A DNA stretch of 64,000 bases, from the IMG/VR virus record IMGVR_UViG_3300046542_000248, positions 1 to 64,000 of that record; one strand, 5' to 3'. This document shows positions 18,376 to 27,321 of the stretch, one piece after another; position 1 is the first letter of the stretch; every line of letters begins with the position of its first letter. The notes beneath the pieces were generated by a model. That model ran no database searches and was not told the origin of the DNA. It saw nothing but the letters and a program-made list of their open reading frames with translations. The position numbers were made by a program, and so were the translations under genes.

Positions 18376-19737
18376 GTGAAATGTCCAATTTGCAGGAAAC
18401 CTATTCAATATAAAAAGGATATGATTCATCATCTCCATTTAAGACATGCAAGAGAACTTCCTGAGAATGTGAGTCCGGCAAAGTTTCTATTCTCTTCAAC
18501 CCATGGTGGAAGAACTGGTGGCTCTTGTCGAGTATGTAACAGTGAAACTTTATTCGATGAGAAAATCGGTAGACCTAGAGTATTTTGTACTAATCCTAAA
18601 TGTAAAGAGGCATTTGCCACTATTGCACAATCCAGGAACATAGAGAAATATGGAGTTCCACATCTATTAAACAACCAAAAACATCAGATGTTTATGCTTT
18701 CTAAAAGAAAGATCTCTGGTGAATATGATTGGTCTGATGGAAGAACTAAGATTCCATACGTTGGATCTTATGAAAGAAAATTTTTTGAGTTCTTAGATAA
18801 CTTCATGGATTTCGATCCATCGGTAATTCATTCCCCATGTCCTTTTGATATTCAATATGAATTTGAAGGTGAAATGCATACGTATACACCTGATGTTTAT
18901 ATTGATATCGTTGATCTCGTCGTTGAGATTAAACATGGTGGTGACAATCCTAATAATCATCATAAGATTCAAGCTGTTGATGTAGCTAAGGATAAAGCTA
19001 AGCAGGAAGCTATTAAAAAATCCACTAATCACAATTTCATTAAGATTGTGGATAATAAATTCGGACCTTTCCTCAAAGCAATGTTTAAATTAGTAGAAGA
19101 TGAAAAGTATGAAAGCAAACAAAGATTGTTTGTGATTAATGAATCTTCTCAAACTATAGCTGCTATAAGAGAAGCAGCCTCATCACCTCCACTTACTGGG
19201 ATTCCTGTTGCCCCTAAAGCTGATCCTGATTCTAGATATAATACACAGGTTTCTGTGAATATGTTCACTGCACTGGGTGGAGCTGCAAAATGTCCATCTA
19301 TGAAAGAAACTCAATCTCTTGCTAGTATTCATCCAATAGTCACTGGCTTTATTGGTCGAGAGATTGACGGTAATGAAAAGCCACTCTATATTACAGTATT
19401 TAATGATAGCAGTGATAATTACACAATTGGTGTAGCTATTGATCGCATGCGTGATCCTGCAATATATGAAAATAGTAAATTTATAACTTTTCTAGGTTCA
19501 GGTGATAGATTGGATGGTCAGGATTACTCAGTCTATAAGTATATTGGCAACGGTAATTATGATGAAAAACAATTCCTTAAAGCCTGTTATGAAACTACTG
19601 AACATCCATATGGTTCAGATGTAGAGGCATTTACTACTATATTAGAATCCGTATTCAAAAGACCTTTATATAATGTGGGTCAATTACTTATGAATCCAGA
19701 ATTCGTTAAAATTAAACAAGGAAGGGTTGAATACTAA
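18376..19737 (+). CDS. C2H2/C4 zinc-finger plus PD-(D/E)xK (TnsA-like) nuclease fused to a C-terminal domain of unknown function
   Basis: CPIC..HLHLRH, CRVC, CTNPKC; GSYERKF...YTPDVY...VVEIK; INE|SS and IRE|AA sites separate the halves. Confidence 0.7.
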   Translation: MKCPICRKPIQYKKDMIHHLHLRHARELPENVSPAKFLFSSTHGGRTGGSCRVCNSETLFDEKIGRPRVFCTNPKCKEAFATIAQSRNIEKYGVPHLLNNQKHQMFMLSKRKISGEYDWSDGRTKIPYVGSYERKFFEFLDNFMDFDPSVIHSPCPFDIQYEFEGEMHTYTPDVYIDIVDLVVEIKHGGDNPNNHHKIQAVDVAKDKAKQEAIKKSTNHNFIKIVDNKFGPFLKAMFKLVEDEKYESKQRLFVINESSQTIAAIREAASSPPLTGIPVAPKADPDSRYNTQVSVNMFTALGGAAKCPSMKETQSLASIHPIVTGFIGREIDGNEKPLYITVFNDSSDNYTIGVAIDRMRDPAIYENSKFITFLGSGDRLDGQDYSVYKYIGNGNYDEKQFLKACYETTEHPYGSDVEAFTTILESVFKRPLYNVGQLLMNPEFVKIKQGRVEY

Positions 19738-20807
19738 TGAAGAAAGATCAGTTAACGAGTATCCCAGCTAATCAATTCGGTCTTCCAAAAGATCGTAAGT
19801 TTCCAATGCAAGATGAGAAACATCTTAAAGCTGCTATCGGTTATTTTTATACAGCTAAACCAGAGAAGCGTAAAGAGCTTGCAAAGAATATTATCCGCAG
19901 GCATGGTGAGCTTAAATCATCTATTAAGATCTCCAAGAAGAATCCTTTGTTCAAATTCATTCCAGAAGAGATGAAGAATCTTAATGAATCTTCTCTATTT
20001 GAGAATGTAAGTTCTGAACATTTTGGACAACTATTTGGACCTAGAGGAAGGGAGATCATCGAATCTCTTATAGCTAAAGATGGTGTATCATGCGTTGATG
20101 ATATCGACTCTCAAGTCCCAAATGATTACAGAAATAAGCAGCGATTTGTAAATACTGTTAAATCCTATATTCTTAATGAAATGGGAGATAACTACCCAGT
20201 AGTTTATATGGATTATCCAGTAACTAAACAAGATCTTCGAGGAAATAACGGCGGTATCAGAACTCTATCTGAAACTTCCATTGTACTTGATTATAGATCT
20301 TACTTGAATGAATCTACTAGTATTGATGTGATTACAGAAATGAGTCATATTCAATTTGGTGCTCTATTACGTGAATGGGATGAGAATTATAGAGCTGGTC
20401 ATCGTAATCATACTTATGACCGCTTAGTAATTGAATCGTGGAAGACACGAGTTCATGATTTACTCACTGAAGGTGTTGATGAGGTTGGTAGTGTTAAATA
20501 CAAGGCTCAGCATCATGCTGATATTGAAACTAAACAAAAGCTTATTGATCTTGGTATTAAAGATCCTGATGAATATAAGCGGAATCATATTGATGGAGAT
20601 ATCTATGAAAGATCTCCTATTCATAAATCTGCTGAAATTGGATTTGACATTACCAAAGATATTATTGACAAGCATCATAATGAAAGTCATGGCAGCAATG
20701 TTATTGACGGTTCATTAAGTTTGAAACTATACACATATAAAGATGATGTATACATCCATCAAAAGGGTGTAGATATTACTGTAGATGAACTATGGAGGAT
20801 GGACTAA
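19737..20807 (+). CDS. Putative internal head protein with N-terminal DUF6582-like domain
   Basis: FGLPKDRKFPMQDEKHLKAAI motif; several L/I-x-E|S/M/G sites (LNE|SS, LNE|ST, ITE|MS, LTE|GV). Confidence 0.6.
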   Translation: MKKDQLTSIPANQFGLPKDRKFPMQDEKHLKAAIGYFYTAKPEKRKELAKNIIRRHGELKSSIKISKKNPLFKFIPEEMKNLNESSLFENVSSEHFGQLFGPRGREIIESLIAKDGVSCVDDIDSQVPNDYRNKQRFVNTVKSYILNEMGDNYPVVYMDYPVTKQDLRGNNGGIRTLSETSIVLDYRSYLNESTSIDVITEMSHIQFGALLREWDENYRAGHRNHTYDRLVIESWKTRVHDLLTEGVDEVGSVKYKAQHHADIETKQKLIDLGIKDPDEYKRNHIDGDIYERSPIHKSAEIGFDITKDIIDKHHNESHGSNVIDGSLSLKLYTYKDDVYIHQKGVDITVDELWRMD

Positions 20808-22135
20808 TGGAATTCTTTCCTTGCTTTATAGACATTGACAAACATCTTTCTACAGTTGCATTTGGATATAGTAATACAGAAGCTACTAAGTATGATATTG
20901 AAGAATACTTTAAATCTAGTCAGTTAAATACTATATTTGATAAGGATACAATCTTTCGTCTTGTGGATGATTATATGAATTACTATTATTTCATTAGGAG
21001 ACTTTTAAGATGGAGTAAGTGGTATATCTATGATAAGAATCCAGTTAACAAACCAGAAGGTAAAGAAACTGACGAGGATATGATTATCAAATGGAATACA
21101 ACTGTTAAGCAGCTATTCGAAAAACTTCGAATGTCTAATAGTTTCTATGAAAAAGTACTCTATACTCAATTGCTTAACGATCATCTTTGGAATCCTAAAT
21201 TCGATCCTATGAATCCTAAGATTCAGGAATATAACAGAGATAAATTATTAAGAGTATCTACTAAAGGTAGTGTAATAACTGAAGCTTCTGGGAAGGATGT
21301 TCACTTTAAACTTTACCATGTGAGTGAAGAAAACTTAAATGGTAAAGTATTAACTCCTAGAATTCCTGATAACTTCTTAACTAAGCATGGCTACGAAGAA
21401 AACAAAACTCCTAGAGTTAGTTTCAGTACATCTATAGATGGATGTTTAGTTGGACTTTCACAGAATATTAAGGATAAAGAATTCTTTGTATTCGAACCTG
21501 ATGATTACTCTAAAATTCAAGTTAAAGGTGTCAATGTAGCTTTGGTGCCTGACGCTCAATTAACTCATGAAAAATGGGTAACTACTTCTGTTAAGCTTAA
21601 GTTAGTTGGAAAGATAAAAGTGCATGATGCTAAAGATCCTGCATTAACTTATACGTATGGTCCTGATAATACTAAAGCAGAAATGTATGCTTGGAATTGG
21701 GAGCATGTAAAAGAAAAAATACATGAAGCCACACTGGAATATGATAGAGATTCTTACAAGCTCATGACTATGAAGTTAGAATCTAATATCATTGATATCT
21801 TTAATAATAGCACAGTTAAGTTACAAGCATTAACTGAAGCTGATGATATTGGAGGTATTAAACTTGAAACTGCTAAGCTTGAATTTATCAATACTTTGAT
21901 AGAAGCTAATTCTACTTTTTCGGATACTAAGCCTGATAGTAAGCTATTCAGTATTCGTGGAACTATACGAAAAGAGCTTCATAAGTTAATTAATAAATCT
22001 GTGGGCGTTGTAACACTCAAAGAATCTAGTTTTGATCTTAATAGTTTCTATGAGTCTACTGCATTCTATACTGCTGCTATTAATGAGTATAGACATCTAC
22101 AGAATTACAAGGAATTCATTAAAGTTAGTTTATAA
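20807..22135 (+). CDS. Putative internal head protein carrying an Arr-like ADP-ribosyltransferase-fold domain
   Basis: TAATG overlap and GGAGG SD; LYHVS...PRIP...RVSFSTSIDGCL...FVFEP...THEKW...LKLVGKI; domain flanked by ITE|AS and IHE|AT. Confidence 0.6.
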   Translation: MEFFPCFIDIDKHLSTVAFGYSNTEATKYDIEEYFKSSQLNTIFDKDTIFRLVDDYMNYYYFIRRLLRWSKWYIYDKNPVNKPEGKETDEDMIIKWNTTVKQLFEKLRMSNSFYEKVLYTQLLNDHLWNPKFDPMNPKIQEYNRDKLLRVSTKGSVITEASGKDVHFKLYHVSEENLNGKVLTPRIPDNFLTKHGYEENKTPRVSFSTSIDGCLVGLSQNIKDKEFFVFEPDDYSKIQVKGVNVALVPDAQLTHEKWVTTSVKLKLVGKIKVHDAKDPALTYTYGPDNTKAEMYAWNWEHVKEKIHEATLEYDRDSYKLMTMKLESNIIDIFNNSTVKLQALTEADDIGGIKLETAKLEFINTLIEANSTFSDTKPDSKLFSIRGTIRKELHKLINKSVGVVTLKESSFDLNSFYESTAFYTAAINEYRHLQNYKEFIKVSL

Positions 22136-22140
22136 ATAAA

Positions 22141-22173
22141 ACCCGGTATAGGACTTAGATCCTATACCGGTTT
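22141..22173. terminator. Bidirectional terminator
   Basis: CCGGTATAGGA...TCCTATACCGG 11-bp stem between convergent genes. Confidence 0.75.
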
Positions 22174-22174
22174 A

Positions 22175-23095
22175 TTATGCAACTGATTTTTTGATTCGCA
22201 GCAAGAAGGACTCACTGCATCCAAATTCACCAATGATATCAATATTTCTAATACCTTCTATGATTCTGGATTTTATAGCATCAATAGTTTCAGTGTTATA
22301 TCTATTATTCTCTTTGACTGGATTTTTAATATCAAATCTACTAGAGATTCCTTTATATTTCTTACCCAAATATACGGAAGATAGAATCTTTTTGAATGAT
22401 CGTCTGTAGGACATCTCTATTTGTAATGAGATACAAATTCCTTCATAACTCCAATTATCTTCTTCCATAAGTTTACAGGATCTTTCTATAATGTCTTTAC
22501 TAGCAATATTATCTCTGAATTTGATAGGTTCAGAGTTTTTAGCAACTCTTTTATATTTAGTCAGGATAGAACTATACTTAATATTCTTATCCACAGACAT
22601 TAGAATTTCAAATTTCTTATAGTCGGTATCTTTATCATATCCCAATTCTCTTAGGATGGTATGATAATTCCACGGTTTCATCATTAACGACCCAATCTTG
22701 TGAACTTCACCTTCTGTAAATCCTGCTTTATTTCTTTTAGATAATGCAGCATAGGTCACATCAGAATCTGACGCCCATTTAAGATTATGAGAGAAGTTAT
22801 TAGATTTATCACCATCAATATGAAGGACTTGATTAAAATTGTTTGGGTTTTTAATAAATGCCAAGGCAACTAATCTATGGAGTCCTCTATACGTCTTATT
22901 GAATAAACCTTTCTCCTCTAGTTGGACTCTCTCATATCCTCGATCATTTCTGTTGGATTGAATATATTTATCAGAATCTTTATCCAAGATTCGTCCGTAA
23001 GTAGAGATTACATAACGAGCACTTTTAACTAATATTCCATCAATATCCAAGATTAATGGTTTAACACATTCTTTACGCCTAAAAACTTTTATCAT
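22175..23095 (-). CDS. Free-standing HNH homing endonuclease
   Basis: GLHRLVALAFIKNP...VLHIDGDKSNN...NLKW (HNH_3 type) with helical C-terminal repeats; oriented opposite to its neighbours. Confidence 0.85.
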   Translation of the reverse strand: MIKVFRRKECVKPLILDIDGILVKSARYVISTYGRILDKDSDKYIQSNRNDRGYERVQLEEKGLFNKTYRGLHRLVALAFIKNPNNFNQVLHIDGDKSNNFSHNLKWASDSDVTYAALSKRNKAGFTEGEVHKIGSLMMKPWNYHTILRELGYDKDTDYKKFEILMSVDKNIKYSSILTKYKRVAKNSEPIKFRDNIASKDIIERSCKLMEEDNWSYEGICISLQIEMSYRRSFKKILSSVYLGKKYKGISSRFDIKNPVKENNRYNTETIDAIKSRIIEGIRNIDIIGEFGCSESFLLRIKKSVA

Positions 23096-23176
23096 GATGA
23101 TATCACTCCTTATGACGAGATTTATTCTGCGTTTAGAGTATCTAGAGTAATCCTTGCGACTAAGAGGCGTATAAAA

Positions 23177-23207
23177 AATAATATATCACAACCAAATATA
23201 TATTATT
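23177..23207. promoter_or_regulatory. Divergent pair of early-type promoters
   Basis: Minus strand GATATATTATT (23177-23187) and plus strand AAATATATATTATT (23194-23207). Confidence 0.65.
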
Positions 23208-23247
23208 AAAATGTGATATACATACTACTAGAAAGGAATTGATTTAA

Positions 23248-23877
23248 TTGAGTACTGAGCTTCTGGACAGATTACTAGCCGATAAAGAAAAGTTCTATCA
23301 ATCAGTTACTAAAGAACTAGATCAGTACTATTATGATTTGCAAGACATGGTTTGTGTTAAATTCATTAAAACTAAATCTAATGATTATGTTATTGAATTC
23401 CATGTCGCCAATGATGATTTCGATACCCCAATACGTTTAATGGGTATTGCAATTGAAGCTGCTAATGATTTAATGACTGAAATTATTCATAACATTAATA
23501 GGTTACCGGCTGTATTGAGAGCTTATAATATCGACATGTCTAAGTCTGGTGCAAATCAAACTACTATAGAATATGTCGCTAAAATGACTAAGATCTGTAT
23601 TACATTTATTGAGAAATATGAAGTATGCTTTTTAGCATATGATGATTTGAATAAACCAGAACGGCAGATTAACTTTGTTCTTATTGGTAATTTATCAGCA
23701 AAGCCAATTAAGAGAGGTTATCCGTTATCTAGATTAGCATTGCGTCATACTATACGCAAGTTATTTCGAGACGCAGGTAAAACAAGTGTTCTCGATGTAA
23801 TGATGAGAAGATATTCAGAAATATTTATGGAACTGTGTATTGTAAGAAATGAAGATAATATTCCGCTATATCATTAA
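23248..23877 (+). CDS. Hypothetical protein
   Basis: AAAGGA SD, TTG start, 209 aa. Confidence 0.7.
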   Translation: MSTELLDRLLADKEKFYQSVTKELDQYYYDLQDMVCVKFIKTKSNDYVIEFHVANDDFDTPIRLMGIAIEAANDLMTEIIHNINRLPAVLRAYNIDMSKSGANQTTIEYVAKMTKICITFIEKYEVCFLAYDDLNKPERQINFVLIGNLSAKPIKRGYPLSRLALRHTIRKLFRDAGKTSVLDVMMRRYSEIFMELCIVRNEDNIPLYH

Positions 23878-23901
23878 TGACTGCATGTTCAAGTACCTAG
23901 C

Positions 23902-23915
23902 AATTATATATTATT
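23902..23915 (+). promoter_or_regulatory. Putative early promoter
   Basis: AATTATATATTATT. Confidence 0.7.
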
Positions 23916-23992
23916 ATAGTGAATAATAGAGAGAATAGTTAATTATTATCAACTAGACTTTCTATAAATACTCTTAAGGAGGAAAAAAAGCA

Positions 23993-24646
23993 ATGTCAAA
24001 AAATCTAGCAGCAGTAAAAGGTTTAGTAACTCAACCGGATCAAGAGGTATTTAAAGTTGGTCCAGATGTGATTCAAGATTTCATCGGTAAAGTTATTATT
24101 ATCATGGGCGGCTCTCCGGACGATATCGAAAATATTCAAGTAGCTCAAGACAAAAAGCGCCTGCGCATTTTGGCAATGATTGATAAAGAATCCAATATCT
24201 TTGCATGTGACGAAGACAATCGTCAAACACATGGCGGCCTAACGTTAATGGGCGCTTCAGAAGTACAAGACAATACCGAACTTACAGCTACTGCAAAAGC
24301 AGCTCTGGAAGACATCGGTTATTCGTACCGCGATGCTGATGATCGTCGTGTTTCGCTGGTAACAGTAGTCGAGTACAAAAAAGGTATTGAGCTTGAATTT
24401 GATTCTCAAATCACAATGGCCATTATCACTGATACTGATTACAGCGATAAGAACTTCATCGTTGACGCAGTGGAAGAAGTGTTTAAGAAAAAGAAACACA
24501 ACTCCCACAAATTCAAAGACAAGAAGAAGACAATCGTATTTGCAAAAGTTTATCGTGCAGTTGGCGATGACAAAGTTGGATTCGATCCAGAGCAAGTTGC
24601 TGACTGGAAAGAAAACAGCAATGAAGATGATGATGATGACTGCTAA
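23993..24646 (+). CDS. Hypothetical protein with acidic C-terminal tail (high-expression-like codon usage)
   Basis: AAGGAGG SD; ends NEDDDDDC. Confidence 0.8.
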   Translation: MSKNLAAVKGLVTQPDQEVFKVGPDVIQDFIGKVIIIMGGSPDDIENIQVAQDKKRLRILAMIDKESNIFACDEDNRQTHGGLTLMGASEVQDNTELTATAKAALEDIGYSYRDADDRRVSLVTVVEYKKGIELEFDSQITMAIITDTDYSDKNFIVDAVEEVFKKKKHNSHKFKDKKKTIVFAKVYRAVGDDKVGFDPEQVADWKENSNEDDDDDC

Positions 24647-24663
24647 TATTAGCAGTAGTAAAC

Positions 24664-24691
24664 GGGTGGTATGAGGAAACTCATACCATCC
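24664..24691 (+). terminator. Intrinsic terminator (GAAA loop)
   Basis: GGGTGGTATGAG-gaaa-CTCATACCATCC plus T-run. Confidence 0.75.
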
Positions 24692-24734
24692 TTTATTTTT
24701 TGAAAACTATAAAACGTAGAGGAATGATCTGCTA

Positions 24735-25322
24735 ATGGAAACTAATAACTTAACACTTACTAATGAAGAATTTAGTAATTTTACTACTTATACTAAAAAA
24801 GTTCTTGCGCTCCTGAATGGAATTGCATACACAAAAACTATCTCGGCAATCAGTACTGAATTGGAAACTCCTGCTCTTGATTGGGCTGCATTAATATTGA
24901 AACATCATCACAATTTAAACCACAGTCATATTTCGCTGCTAATATCGGAATTAATTCGTGTGAAAAATTCAGACCTATATGATGATGAATCAATCACGGA
25001 AATTCCATTCAATGCTATGCCACAAGAAATAAAAGCATTGAAACAAGTTGTTCATGATTTCTCCAACCTTGCTAATCTAATCTTAATAGGATTGGCTGAT
25101 CATAAACGTAAGCATAAAGAAGATGTTGATGCTGTTAGAGCACTCTACAAAGAAGTAAGTGCTAAGTATGGTATTTATGTTCCTAAAGAAATCAATGAGG
25201 AAGCTTTTATGGATGATTCTATATGGATGCATACTTATCAAGTTTGCAAATATATTCACGATCACTATATCGAGTTTGTAGATATTATTACTAGAATTCA
25301 AGCTCAGTATCCTACTAAGTAA
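24735..25322 (+). CDS. Hypothetical helical protein
   Basis: AGAGGA SD, 195 aa. Confidence 0.7.
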   Translation: METNNLTLTNEEFSNFTTYTKKVLALLNGIAYTKTISAISTELETPALDWAALILKHHHNLNHSHISLLISELIRVKNSDLYDDESITEIPFNAMPQEIKALKQVVHDFSNLANLILIGLADHKRKHKEDVDAVRALYKEVSAKYGIYVPKEINEEAFMDDSIWMHTYQVCKYIHDHYIEFVDIITRIQAQYPTK

Positions 25323-25327
25323 TACAG

Positions 25328-25353
25328 GAGTCCAGGTAGAAATATCTGGACTT
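25328..25353 (+). terminator. Intrinsic terminator (GAAA loop)
   Basis: GAGTCCAGGTA-gaaa-TATCTGGACTT plus T-run. Confidence 0.7.
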
Positions 25354-25383
25354 ATTTTTTTTTCTGTCTTTCGAGCCTTGTGG

Positions 25384-25397
25384 AAATATATATTATT
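25384..25397 (+). promoter_or_regulatory. Putative early promoter
   Basis: AAATATATATTATT. Confidence 0.7.
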
Positions 25398-25440
25398 ATA
25401 GAGTAATATACAAACTACTATGGACTCTGGAGGAATTAAA

Positions 25441-26031
25441 ATGGTTGAACATGAAGAAAGCTACACGTTAGGTGAACTTGCAAAAAGAACTGGTCAAACT
25501 ACTGATGTATTGCGTGCTTATGTACTTGCTGATAAGCTGGAAGCTACAAAGGTAACTAGAGGTTATCGAGTAGCTAAAAGTGAAGCAGATAGATTCATGA
25601 AAGAGATTAACAGTGGTGAAGTGATGCAGTTCGAAGATGTTACAATTAAGAAACCTATCGAGTATGGTTTCGATGGAACTGTAAGTACGATCTTCGGAAT
25701 CTCCACTGGCGAAATCTTTCAGTTTATGATGAAGGTATTGGAATCTATTAAGGATTACAATTCTGGTGGTTCACGTGATGAACAAATTAAAGTTACAAGT
25801 GAAGATGTTCGTCTTCTTCATCACTTAATCAAAGAAGGTAAGATTGATGTGGTACCAAGAGAAAATAGGGTTGTAGTTATGGATTCAGATCCAACAACTG
25901 CATTCCTAGTGAAAGCAATGGCTACGGGAATTTCCTGTACATTTACTGAGCTTGCAACTCAACAGAACTTTTCAGTTGAGTCCGATAAGATCAAAGCAGC
26001 ATCTGATTATATTGTACAGATGCTTGAGTAG
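25441..26031 (+). CDS. MerR/excisionase-like HTH DNA-binding protein
   Basis: YTLGELAKRTGQTTDVLRAYVLADKLEATKVTRGYRV winged-HTH pattern; GGAGG SD before ATG 25441. Confidence 0.7.
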   Translation: MVEHEESYTLGELAKRTGQTTDVLRAYVLADKLEATKVTRGYRVAKSEADRFMKEINSGEVMQFEDVTIKKPIEYGFDGTVSTIFGISTGEIFQFMMKVLESIKDYNSGGSRDEQIKVTSEDVRLLHHLIKEGKIDVVPRENRVVVMDSDPTTAFLVKAMATGISCTFTELATQQNFSVESDKIKAASDYIVQMLE

Positions 26032-26040
26032 TTAAATGGA

Positions 26041-26070
26041 TAGGCTGGAATGCTTCTATGTTCCAGCTTA
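26041..26070 (+). terminator. Intrinsic terminator
   Basis: TAGGCTGGAA...TTCCAGCTTA plus T-run. Confidence 0.65.
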
Positions 26071-26100
26071 TTTTTTCTAATCAAATGAATAACTTTAAAG

Positions 26101-26114
26101 AAATATATATTATT
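26101..26114 (+). promoter_or_regulatory. Putative early promoter
   Basis: AAATATATATTATT. Confidence 0.7.
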
Positions 26115-26155
26115 AATACGTAATAATATAAATCTATATGAAAAGGAATGATACT

Positions 26156-26734
26156 ATGTACGTTGGAGAGAAGACACATCTATTCTCATTTGATGTGGAA
26201 ACTGATGATCTCTATGGAGAGACATTCGCAGTTGGAGTTTCTATATGGGACTTGAAAACAAAAGAAATTATTAGCACTTTAGGTTTATACGCAGAACTTA
26301 GTGCGGTTAAATCCCAATGGTGTCAAGACAATATTGTAAAAACTCTACTTACAGTTGAGCATAATGCTCAATTTGTACAGCTACCATGTCGTAAAGATAT
26401 GCGTGAAATCTTTTGGAATTTCTACATGGCATGGAGGGATAAAGCTATCATCTTAGGCGATTTCCAATCTCCATGTGAAAGCGGATTCATGCGTCAATGT
26501 GTTATGGATAATCTGAAGAAACGGGAATGGCTTGGCCCATATCCTATGCATGAATTAGGTACAATGTTAGCTATGGTAAATCTTGATCCTGATTTGGATC
26601 GGTTCATATTTAGCGGCTGCAATAATCTTGTAAAGCATAATCCGATTCATGATTCAATCACCGCAGGAAAAACTTATTTTATGGTCAACGATATTATGTA
26701 CAATATGGTAGAAGCAAATAACTTGAAAGCATAG
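26156..26734 (+). CDS. DEDDh (DnaQ-like) 3'-5' exonuclease
   Basis: FSFDVETD (ExoI), ILGDF (ExoII), HNPIHDS (ExoIII); AAAGGA SD before ATG 26156. Confidence 0.75.
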   Translation: MYVGEKTHLFSFDVETDDLYGETFAVGVSIWDLKTKEIISTLGLYAELSAVKSQWCQDNIVKTLLTVEHNAQFVQLPCRKDMREIFWNFYMAWRDKAIILGDFQSPCESGFMRQCVMDNLKKREWLGPYPMHELGTMLAMVNLDPDLDRFIFSGCNNLVKHNPIHDSITAGKTYFMVNDIMYNMVEANNLKA

Positions 26735-26794
26735 TTACATCCTGCCACTGGCAGTTGTATATAAAAATCAAAATAAACCTTGGAGGTTATAACC

Positions 26795-27286
26795 ATGGCA
26801 AAAGATATTGATTGTGAAATTAAATCTATTATCGGCGAAATCACTGAAGTTAATTCAAAGAACGAGCAGAAAGTTGTCGCTCTAGCATCGTGGAACGGCC
26901 GTGAAGAAAAAATTGAAATTCGTAATTACAATGTATCTGCTGAAATGCTGCTTAAAGGAATTGGTTTTACACCAGAAGAAGCTGGTGAATTACTATATAT
27001 TCTTTTAGCTTCGACAGATGTTAAATATGATCCAGACCGTGTTCGTGAAATTCTTCAAGAACAAGAAGATCGTGACGTGGATGTACAAAAGCTGGTTTCA
27101 GATCTTCCACCGGAACAAGAAGTAGTTGACGTTGCTGCGCTTATCGCGGCAGAAGAATACGATCCTATTAATAACGCTGACGCTTATGAGACTGCATCGT
27201 ATGGTAATCGCCGTCCTTCTAATAAAACTGGTTTACACCGCATTACACCGAAGAAAAATGGGCTATTCGCCCACATGTATCAATAA
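26795..27286 (+). CDS. YdbC/PC4-like single-stranded DNA-binding protein with C-terminal extension
   Basis: IDCEIKSIIGEI...KVVALASWNGREEKIEIRNY...KGIGFTPEE closely follows the YdbC consensus. Confidence 0.8.
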   Translation: MAKDIDCEIKSIIGEITEVNSKNEQKVVALASWNGREEKIEIRNYNVSAEMLLKGIGFTPEEAGELLYILLASTDVKYDPDRVREILQEQEDRDVDVQKLVSDLPPEQEVVDVAALIAAEEYDPINNADAYETASYGNRRPSNKTGLHRITPKKNGLFAHMYQ

Positions 27287-27321
27287 TACTAAATTCGAAT
27301 TAAAGGGAGACTACTAAAACC

